Of a DNA stretch of 32,000 bases, positions 8,342 through 15,140 are shown piece by piece. The position numbers were made by a program, and so were the translations under genes. This DNA comes from Halomicrobium mukohataei DSM 12286. Its GTDB lineage: Archaea > Halobacteriota > Halobacteria > Halobacteriales > Haloarculaceae. Positions within the stretch are counted from its first letter, which is position 1, and every line of letters starts with the position of its first letter. The stretch lies in assembly GCF_000023965.1 (NCBI RefSeq), contig NC_013202.1, positions 2,700,001 to 2,732,000 on the forward strand, in the 5' to 3' direction. A model generated the notes under the pieces. It was not told where the DNA came from and made no database searches. It worked only from the letters and a program-made list of their open reading frames with translations.

Positions 8342-9343
8342 CTACCGACGGAACGAGAGCCCGTCGAGATCGCCGTCGAACGCGCTCGCGACACCGGCCC
8401 CGAGCGCGAAGGCGGCCGTCTGAGCACCGGTCTGGAGCCTGCCGGCCAGCCCGCGGGACGGCTCGAACGCCTCGACGGTGACCGGCTCGCCCAGTTGCTC
8501 CTCTAGCTTCGCCTCGACGTCCCGCCGCGTCCCGATCTCGTCGACCAGCCCCAGCTCGTGGGCCTCGCTGCCGAGGAAGATCCGGGCCTCGGTGTCGCGG
8601 ATCTCGGCGGCGTCCAGTTCCCGCCCCTCGGCGACGGTGTCGACGAACTGCTCGTAGTAGTCGTCGACGATCGACTGGAGATACTCGCGTTCCTCCTGCT
8701 CGAACTCCTTGAGTGGGGTCCCGGCGTCTTTGAACGTGCCCGCGGTGAACTGTTCGTAGGAGAGTCCGACCCGGTCTGCGAGCTCCTTGGCGTTGACTCG
8801 CGAGCCGATGACGCCGATCGAGCCGACGATGCTCCCCTCGCGCGCCCAGAGCTCGTCACAGCCGGCGGCGATGTCGTACCCGCCGGAGGCACACACGTCC
8901 GTCGCGTAGCCGACGGTGGGGCCGTCGAAGCGCTCGGCGGCCAGCCGGATGTCCTCGCTGGGAACGATCTCGCCGCCGGGCGTGTTCAGCTCGACGAGCA
9001 GCGCGTCGACCGCGCTGTCGTCGTCGGCGCGCTCGATCTGTTCGACGATGTCCTCGGCACGCGCACCGACCGGCGGACTGGCAAGCGAGCCGCCGCCGTC
9101 GCGACTGATCGGCCCCTCGACAGCAACCTCGGCGACGTTGTAGCCGGGCAGGATCGAACCGGCGAGCGAGCCACCGAGCTTGACGCCAGCCACGACCGCG
9201 ACGACGACGAACACCACACCGAGGAGATCGGCGAGGCTCCCCGGCAGGACGTAGAACGCGAGCCAGCCGACGACCCCCACTACGACCGTGACAGCGGCGA
9301 CGAGCGACAGTCGCCCGACCGTGCGTGTCGTCGACATGGTCAC
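8342..9343 (-). CDS. sppA: signal peptide peptidase SppA (S49 family, 36K type)
   Basis: N-terminal TM helix, then ELNTPGG, CASGGYDIA and GSIGV motifs. The start is the GTG at 9341-9343 (overlapping the upstream stop) or the ATG at 9335-9337. Confidence 0.85.
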   Translation of the reverse strand: MTMSTTRTVGRLSLVAAVTVVVGVVGWLAFYVLPGSLADLLGVVFVVVAVVAGVKLGGSLAGSILPGYNVAEVAVEGPISRDGGGSLASPPVGARAEDIVEQIERADDDSAVDALLVELNTPGGEIVPSEDIRLAAERFDGPTVGYATDVCASGGYDIAAGCDELWAREGSIVGSIGVIGSRVNAKELADRVGLSYEQFTAGTFKDAGTPLKEFEQEEREYLQSIVDDYYEQFVDTVAEGRELDAAEIRDTEARIFLGSEAHELGLVDEIGTRRDVEAKLEEQLGEPVTVEAFEPSRGLAGRLQTGAQTAAFALGAGVASAFDGDLDGLSFRR

Positions 9344-10077
9344 TGGAACATCCCGAGCGGCTTCGCGCTCGTGGACTCGTCGTTTGCCTGCTGCATCTGT
9401 GCAGCCAGGTCCGCCTTCGCCTCGCTGATCTCCTCGGCGTGCTCGACCAGTGCCTCAGTGTCGATGTCGATTCCCGCGAGGGGCTGGACGCCATCTTCCA
9501 GGACGACGCGGGCCGCCGCCGGATCCGGGAACTGCTTGTCGGCATCGACGACGAGCCCGACGCTGTCGAGGCCCTGACGCTGTGCGGCGTAGAGCAGGGC
9601 ACCGGTCGGGCCGGTGACCGCGCCGTCGATCGTCGGCGCGCCGATGTCGGCCGCAGAGAGCAGCGCCTTCCCGTCACCGGTCCCGACACCGTACATCGAC
9701 GCCGTCCCCTCGCGCTTGGCCGGCATCCCGCTGAGGTAGATCGGCGTCACGTCGTTGTCGGCCAGCCAGCCCGTCAAGCAGGTAGCGAACTCGTCGGCGG
9801 TGCTCGGCGAGACCGGCGCGTCGCTCTGGAGGACGAGCAGATCCCGCTCCGCGTCGGCGTAGAGCCTGACCGGCGGCTTGAGCTGCTGGTCGCCCTGTCG
9901 GTAGACGGCGATCTCCGGGAGCCCGTCGCAGTGGATCGAGGCGTACTCGGTCATCTCGAAGGTCTCGACCAGGTGATCGGCCGCGATCTTGCCGACCAGC
10001 CCGACCCCCGGAAGCCCCTCGACGAGCGTCGGCGATTCCAGCGCGAGGTCGTCACGGTGGACTGCAATGTGTGCCAT
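9340..10077 (-). CDS. proteasome assembly chaperone (PAC2)-family protein, COG1938-like (245 aa)
   Basis: The ATG at 10075-10077 gives MAHIAVHRDDLALESPTLVEGLPGVGLVGKIAADHL, typical of archaeal PAC2-like proteins. The track extension to 10353 is Arg/Ser-rich. Confidence 0.75.
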   Translation of the reverse strand: MAHIAVHRDDLALESPTLVEGLPGVGLVGKIAADHLVETFEMTEYASIHCDGLPEIAVYRQGDQQLKPPVRLYADAERDLLVLQSDAPVSPSTADEFATCLTGWLADNDVTPIYLSGMPAKREGTASMYGVGTGDGKALLSAADIGAPTIDGAVTGPTGALLYAAQRQGLDSVGLVVDADKQFPDPAAARVVLEDGVQPLAGIDIDTEALVEHAEEISEAKADLAAQMQQANDESTSAKPLGMFQ

Positions 10078-10201
10078 ACCCGAATACAGCGCGTCCGTGG
10101 AGTTAACAGTCGGGGGCGGCCGTCGACTCGGCGATCGCCTCGGCCGCCCAGAGCGACCCACTCCGAAACAGACAAGCGTGCGACCGCTATACGCACCGCC
10201 A

Positions 10202-11119
10202 ATGGACGTTCTGGAGCGGTACGAACCGCTGATCGATGATTTTTCGGCGTTCCGCGACGCCTGCGCGCGCCCGCTCCCGCCGGTCGTTCGAGTCAACACG
10301 CTCAAGACGACCGTCGACCGGGCCATCCGGGCGCTGCGAGACGAGGGCATCACCGTCGAACGGACCGACTGGCACGAGGGGCTCCTGGAACTGCCCGACG
10401 ATCAGCCGGGGGCGAACTGGCCGTACTTCCACGGCTGGATCTACGGACAGGAAGAAGTCTCGGCCGTGCCCGTCCGCGTCCTCGGTCCAGAGCCCGGCGA
10501 GCGGATCTGGGACGCCTGTGCCGCGCCGGGGAGCAAGACCTCACAGATCGCGGCCCGACAGGGCGACGACGGCGTCGTCGTGGCGACCGACTCCAACCTC
10601 GGCCGCCTCTCGGCGCTGCGGACCAACACCGAACAGCTGGGCATCACCAGCGTCGCCGTCACCCACGAGGACGCCCGCAACCACTCGCTGAAGCCGTTCG
10701 GGGACGACGACAGTGCCGAGTACGACCGCGCGCTCGTGGACGTGCCCTGTTCGTGCGAGGGGACGGTCCGCAAGAACCCGGACACGCTCGACGAGTGGAC
10801 CCTCGAACACGTCGAGGGCATCGCCGGTGTCCAGAAGGGCGTGCTCCGGCGCGCGATCCAGACCACGAAGCCCGGCGGGACGGTCGTCTACTCGACGTGT
10901 ACGTTCGCGCCCGAGGAGAACGAGGCGGTGCTCGACTACGCGCTCGAAACGGAGGCGTGCCGACTCGTCCCCTTCGAGATCCCGCTGGCCTCGACGGGCG
11001 GCGTCACGGAGTGGCAGGGCGAATCCTACGACGACAGCGTCCGGCAGGCCCACCGGATCTACCCCCACCACAACGACACCGGCGGGTTCTTCTGCGCGAA
11101 ACTGGAGGTCACAGCATGA
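10202..11119 (+). CDS. NOL1/NOP2/Sun-family RNA cytosine-C5 methyltransferase (305 aa)
   Basis: The ATG at 10202 gives MDVLERYEPLIDDF. SAM-binding motif DACAAPGSKT, and catalytic motifs DVPCSCEGT and YSTCT. Confidence 0.9.
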   Translation: MDVLERYEPLIDDFSAFRDACARPLPPVVRVNTLKTTVDRAIRALRDEGITVERTDWHEGLLELPDDQPGANWPYFHGWIYGQEEVSAVPVRVLGPEPGERIWDACAAPGSKTSQIAARQGDDGVVVATDSNLGRLSALRTNTEQLGITSVAVTHEDARNHSLKPFGDDDSAEYDRALVDVPCSCEGTVRKNPDTLDEWTLEHVEGIAGVQKGVLRRAIQTTKPGGTVVYSTCTFAPEENEAVLDYALETEACRLVPFEIPLASTGGVTEWQGESYDDSVRQAHRIYPHHNDTGGFFCAKLEVTA

Positions 11120-11616
11120 CCCACGGCGACGTGACCTTCGACCGGGTGCCGGCCGACGACGCGGCCCGCGAGGACCCCGACGCGCCGACGCGCGAGGAGA
11201 TTCTGGACTACTGGCCCGACCGGTTCGCCATTCCCCGCGAGGTGTTCGAACCCTACACCTTCTGGGAGCGTGGCAACGGCAAGATCTGGCTGTTCCGCGG
11301 CGAGGCACCCGACACGGTCCCCATCCAGGGGCTCGGCATGACGTTCCTGCGCACTCGCCAGGAGTTCTGGAAGCCGACGACCGACGCCGTCCAGCGCTTT
11401 GGCGGCCACGCGAGCGAGAACGTCCTCCACCTCGACCGGGACGCCGCCCGCGCCTTCGTCGCGGGCGAGGACCAGGAGATCGAGTGGGACGGCGACTGGG
11501 GCTATCTCATCGTCACCCACGACATCGCCGGGGCGACCGAACCCCTCGGCGTCGGCCTGTACACCTACGGCGAACTCAAGACACAGGTCGCCAAGGGTCG
11601 CCAGCGAGAGCTGTAA
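11116..11616 (+). CDS. small protein translationally coupled to the m5C methyltransferase (166 aa), probably a PUA-like accessory domain protein
   Basis: The ATG at 11116-11118 overlaps the TGA at 11117-11119 (ATGA). Sequence MTHGDVTFDRVPADDAAREDPDAPTREEILDYWPDRF...GLYTYGELKTQVAKG. Function is inferred from the coupling only. Confidence 0.65.
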   Translation: MTHGDVTFDRVPADDAAREDPDAPTREEILDYWPDRFAIPREVFEPYTFWERGNGKIWLFRGEAPDTVPIQGLGMTFLRTRQEFWKPTTDAVQRFGGHASENVLHLDRDAARAFVAGEDQEIEWDGDWGYLIVTHDIAGATEPLGVGLYTYGELKTQVAKGRQREL

Positions 11617-11682
11617 CGGACGGTTTACTGGGGTCGTCGCTCGACTGCTGCACACCACAATCCACCAGATGACCGAGATGGA

Positions 11683-11712
11683 TTCATGTTAGAAGCTGTT
11701 TCGGGCTAGTAT
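11683..11712 (+). promoter_or_regulatory. TTC PAM (11683-11685) plus partial protospacer for the crRNA-like element at 12064-12150; candidate Cascade-binding operator
   Basis: 11686-11706 ATGTTAGAAGCTGTTTCGGGC matches pseudo-spacer positions 1-21 (ATGTTCGAAGCTGTTGCGGGC), with mismatches only at positions 6 and 16. Positions 22-26 do not match. A TATA-like TATTAAGT at 11710-11717 abuts the 3' end. Confidence 0.5.
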
Positions 11713-11754
11713 TAAGTAGGTGGGGCCACATGGTTGAACTGACGCGTCAGCGTC

Positions 11755-11800
11755 CGTAATCAGAGCATCACCCCGTCCAAAGAGAGATGCCCTGATTACG
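11755..11800. repeat. 15-bp inverted repeat (14 bp plus one A.C mismatch) with a 16-nt loop: strong hairpin
   Basis: CGTAATCAGAGCATC (11755-11769) and GATGCCCTGATTACG (11786-11800), read directly from the sequence. Confidence 0.85.
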
Positions 11801-11903
11801 CCGAAAACCGAGCAATGAAACTCACTCGGGCTGCGTTGGCAGCGAGCTAACGTATGTGTCGGTCCGATTTAGGGGTTTGGTTGCTCCAGCGAGAGGCTTC
11901 ACT

Positions 11904-12020
11904 ATGAACCGACCAAGCACACGACCCGACATCCGGCCGACGTTGAACTGGATCGAACGATCACACATCCGTGACGAGAAGGCGGACGTGAAGACAGACG
12001 AAGACAGGCAAAACAACTAA
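11904..12020 (+). CDS. candidate small ORF (38 aa) in the low-GC islet; speculative
   Basis: ATG at 11904, preceded by SD-like GAGAGG (11891-11896) with a 7-nt spacer. Product MNRPSTRPDIRPTLNWIERSHIRDEKADVKTDEDRQNN. It is rich in A-ending codons (CGA, CCA, ACA, TCA, CAA) that are atypical for this genome. It falls below the ORF-track length cutoff. Confidence 0.2.
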   Translation: MNRPSTRPDIRPTLNWIERSHIRDEKADVKTDEDRQNN

Positions 12021-12063
12021 ATCGATTTCTCCTCTCTCCAAACATGCCCGTAGTACAGTCGAA

Positions 12064-12150
12064 TTTTCAGTCGGACGCTGGTGCCGTTGAAGCATGTTCG
12101 AAGCTGTTGCGGGCACTGCTGTTTCAGCTGGACCCTTTTGGGTTCATATT
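12064..12150 (+). ncRNA. crRNA-like mini-array psiR1-psiS-psiR2 (CreA/CreR-type regulatory RNA gene candidate)
   Basis: psiR1 12064-12093 matches the array repeat at 23/30, including GTTGAAGC against the ATTGAAGC 5' handle. psiS 12094-12120 is 27 nt. psiR2 12121-12150 matches at 21/30 (19/22 over the 3'-handle part). The orientation is the same as the cas operon and the array. Confidence 0.6.
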
Positions 12151-12169
12151 CATCATCACCACGATTACA

Positions 12170-12177
12170 TTTATATA
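12170..12177 (+). promoter_or_regulatory. TATA box TTTATATA, probable cas6/cas operon promoter
   Basis: This is the best TATA-like element in the region. It lies 20 nt after psiR2 and about 62 nt upstream of the cas6 ATG. SD-like AGGGAG at 12225-12230 sits 8 nt before the ATG at 12239. Confidence 0.45.
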
Positions 12178-12238
12178 GAATCGTTCGGTTGTGAGTATCA
12201 CAATGACACAAAATGACACGAAGTAGGGAGTACAACGG

Positions 12239-13042
12239 ATGCGAGTGATCGCACATCTGCAAGCACGTGCCGATACGGCGTACGACGCGACGTATCACCA
12301 CAAGCTTCGAGGGCGTCTCTGGGACGCTCTCGACGGGACGGCGTACGAGTCGCTGCACGACGAGAACCGTCCGAAGGGGTTCACGTACTCGAACCCGTTT
12401 CCGCCGGGAAACATGCGCGAGGGCGACGAGAAGACGTTGCTCGTCGCCTCGCCACACGAAGAGTTACTCGCCCACGTCGCGGCCGACCTCAAACTCGACC
12501 GCGAGCTGAACATCGGGGAGATGCCCTTCCACGTCGACGCGGTCAACGGGCTGGCGACCGACGTGGGCGAACCGGGCACGTCGGGGACGATCGAGACCGG
12601 AACGGGGGTCCTGGTCCGGATTCCGCCGTGGCGGTTCGAGGAGTACGGCATCGACACCGACCACGACGAGGCCGAGTTTTGGCGGCCGGAGCACACGATG
12701 GAGCCGTTCCGGAACCAGATCGAGAACAACCTCGACAAGAAACACGGACTGTTCTGTCAGGAGTACCAGCCCGGGCCGTCGGAGACCGACGGCGATCTGT
12801 TCGAGGGCGCGGATCTGATCAAGACGTTCTCGATTCCGGTGACGGTCACGCAGGGCCAGCGCGAGACGTGGGTGTTGAGCAAGTGGCGATTCGACTACAC
12901 CGTCCGCGACGACCACCACCGCCGCCACCTGAATCTGGCGCTGGACACCGGGCTCGGCGAGCGCAACTCGCTGGGCTTCGGATTCGTCAACATCACCGAG
13001 AAGGACGGTCGCCAGCCCGGAACGGAGGACATCGATGCTTGA
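12239..13042 (+). CDS. cas6b: CRISPR endoribonuclease Cas6 (type I-B, 267 aa)
   Basis: First gene of the cas operon. C-terminal glycine-rich loop GLGERNSLGFGFV, typical of Cas6. The stop overlaps the cas8b start. Confidence 0.9.
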   Translation: MRVIAHLQARADTAYDATYHHKLRGRLWDALDGTAYESLHDENRPKGFTYSNPFPPGNMREGDEKTLLVASPHEELLAHVAADLKLDRELNIGEMPFHVDAVNGLATDVGEPGTSGTIETGTGVLVRIPPWRFEEYGIDTDHDEAEFWRPEHTMEPFRNQIENNLDKKHGLFCQEYQPGPSETDGDLFEGADLIKTFSIPVTVTQGQRETWVLSKWRFDYTVRDDHHRRHLNLALDTGLGERNSLGFGFVNITEKDGRQPGTEDIDA

Positions 13043-15140
13043 TCCCGACGAGTTCTACGATGAGTATCCGCCCGAGAAGCTCGAAGACGAGCTCCCCGAG
13101 CGACCGATCTCGTCGCTGCGGGACATCCAGCACCTCTACGGGCGACTCTACACGCTGGCGACGGCCGGCGGCGGCGACTACGCGGCCTATCTGACGCCCG
13201 ATCAGGCCAACGATCTGATCGGGACAGAGGAGAGCCTGATCGCCGTCTGCGTCGATCTGTCCGGAGAGCGGCCGACGCTCGACGCGGAGGAACCCGTCCG
13301 GGTGACCCAGTACACCGACGACCTGGTACAGCGGGTCGCTCACTGCAAGTACAACGCGGCGCGGGGGATCGACCACAGCGTCACGCACCGCTCCGGACGC
13401 AACAGCGATCCCGAGAAACTGGCCCGGTACGCCTGCGAGCGGCTGACGAAGTGGGCGACCGACGACGTGGTCCAGAGCATCGCAGACGATCACCCCGACG
13501 GCGACGTGATCCGCGGACTGGCGACCGTCGGCGAGGACGAGAACGCCCTCGACAGGATTCGAGAGGCCGTCCAGACCGAGCTCGGCGGTTCGACGACAGC
13601 GCTCCTCACCGTGCAGGTGCGCCGGGAGGAGGGCGGCGAGTACGAGTGGCCGGGACAGATTTCCGTGTTCGACGAAGCGATGCGTGCGCGGAAGCTCTCG
13701 AAGCTCGTCTCGAAGGGGCAGGCGACGAACTCTGCCGGCGAGGCGACGGATCTCGTCAGCGGCGAACGGACGCGAACCGTCGGCACCGCCGAGGATCCGC
13801 TCAACTACTTCCTGGGCAAGCAAATGGAGAAGTTCCCGGGGCTGGATCCCGACGAGGCCTGGCGGAGCCACCCCATCTCCGAGGACGGCGCGGTCACGCT
13901 GATGAACGCCGAGGAGTTCGTCGACGCCTGTTCCTACCGGACGTTCAACGCCGACGTGTATTACCTCCCGTACTTCCTCGGACGACCGACGCCCGAAGAG
14001 ACGTACAAGCTGTACGCGGCACTCCACAGAGTCACACGGGACGACGACATGAATCCGGTTCAGGCGCTCTACGACGAGTTCGGCGACCACGAGGCGGCGC
14101 CCGAGGGGCGACTGCGCTTCTACGTCGCGGCGGTGATGAAACACCAGATGTCCCGATTCGACGTGTACGGCGAGACGCTGAACGGCCGGATCCACTACCC
14201 GACCGAGGTCGGGCAGCGACACGAGCAGGTGACCGGCAGCTGGGTCTTCGACGAGGACGACGCCAGGAACGGAGGTCGGACGCCGCCGATGCCCTCCCAC
14301 GAAGAGTGGGCGCTCACTAATTACCAGCGGTTTCGAGAGATGGTCGCGTCGGGTGCCTATCTCTACGGCACCTTCCCGTTCACCGACGAGGACACCGACG
14401 CGACGGTCGACGACGAGCGAATCGACGTTCACGTCTCGATCCTTGCCGGCGATCCCGTCCCGCGGAACCAACTGGTCAGCGCCTACGTCGATCGATTGCT
14501 CGACCGTGACGGTGACGAAGTCCCCGAACTCCTGATCGCCTCCCAGTTCGCACAGCTGTGCGCGCTGGAAAACGCCGGCCTCGTGACGACGGACGCCGGC
14601 GAGACCGAACCGACGCTGATCGACGGCCCCGATTACGACACTATGGAACCAGAACACGCGCGAACCGACGGCGGCACTGCTGCCCTCGATCGCACCGAGA
14701 AACTCGAATCGTTCATCGAACAGACGGACGGACTGGACGACGCCGAACGGAAGGGAGCATTCCTGCTCGGCACGCTCGTCGGCCAGGTCGGCACCTACCA
14801 GCAGGGGTATCACGATCGATCGACGACCGTCATCGACCAGTACCCGATCAAGTCGATGACCAAGACGAAGATCAAGCGCATCACCCAAGAGGTGATCGAC
14901 AAAGACGTAGTCTACTCCCGGGAGATGGCCAAGAAAGGGTCGGAGATCAATTCGACGATGTACAAGGAAGTTACGAACGCCATCGTCGAGACCATGGCCG
15001 AAAGCGATCCGTCGGACTGGGAGATCAGCACCGACGATCTGCGCTTCTACTACGCCCTGGGACTGACCTACGGAATGAACGACCGATCGACTAACGAGAA
15101 CGACGCTGCCGACGACGAAACCTCAGAAACCAATGAGTGA
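13035..15140 (+). CDS. cas8b: Cas8b (Csh1) large subunit of type I-B Cascade (701 aa)
   Basis: Called from position (between cas6 and cas7), size, acidic haloarchaeal composition and coupling by overlaps at both ends. No search was possible. Confidence 0.8.
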   Translation: MLDPDEFYDEYPPEKLEDELPERPISSLRDIQHLYGRLYTLATAGGGDYAAYLTPDQANDLIGTEESLIAVCVDLSGERPTLDAEEPVRVTQYTDDLVQRVAHCKYNAARGIDHSVTHRSGRNSDPEKLARYACERLTKWATDDVVQSIADDHPDGDVIRGLATVGEDENALDRIREAVQTELGGSTTALLTVQVRREEGGEYEWPGQISVFDEAMRARKLSKLVSKGQATNSAGEATDLVSGERTRTVGTAEDPLNYFLGKQMEKFPGLDPDEAWRSHPISEDGAVTLMNAEEFVDACSYRTFNADVYYLPYFLGRPTPEETYKLYAALHRVTRDDDMNPVQALYDEFGDHEAAPEGRLRFYVAAVMKHQMSRFDVYGETLNGRIHYPTEVGQRHEQVTGSWVFDEDDARNGGRTPPMPSHEEWALTNYQRFREMVASGAYLYGTFPFTDEDTDATVDDERIDVHVSILAGDPVPRNQLVSAYVDRLLDRDGDEVPELLIASQFAQLCALENAGLVTTDAGETEPTLIDGPDYDTMEPEHARTDGGTAALDRTEKLESFIEQTDGLDDAERKGAFLLGTLVGQVGTYQQGYHDRSTTVIDQYPIKSMTKTKIKRITQEVIDKDVVYSREMAKKGSEINSTMYKEVTNAIVETMAESDPSDWEISTDDLRFYYALGLTYGMNDRSTNENDAADDETSETNE

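Noticed and set aside
11656-11884. Further possible decayed repeats: 11656-11685 (CAGATGACCGAGATGGATTC region) and about 11855-11884 (GTCGGTCCGATTTAGGGGTTTGGTTGC).
   Set aside because: They are alignable to the repeat only with gaps and roughly 60 percent identity, and their spacing does not fit a 63-68-nt period. This is too weak to call, although it keeps open the idea that the islet is the remnant of a second array.
12017-12457. 146-aa minus-strand ORF spanning the cas6 5' end and the crRNA-like element. Also the TTG-started 64-aa ORF at 11822-12016 (minus) and a 47-aa minus-strand ATG ORF from 12045 with AGG-AGA codons.
   Set aside because: The first is antisense to cas6 and Arg-rich. 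The others have no convincing promoter or SD geometry, and their orientation does not fit the TTC/protospacer site. They are kept only as remote alternatives for the cargo of the islet.
12993-14888. 631-aa ORF on the minus strand across cas8b. Similar long antisense ORFs cover cas7, cas5 and cas3 (15310-16563, 16645-17595, 16899-17558, 18213-18746), and a 423-aa + frame overlaps cas1 (20067-21338).
   Set aside because: They are Arg/Val/Gly-rich antisense or out-of-frame readings of well-supported cas genes. The cas genes form an uninterrupted, overlap-coupled operon on the + strand.
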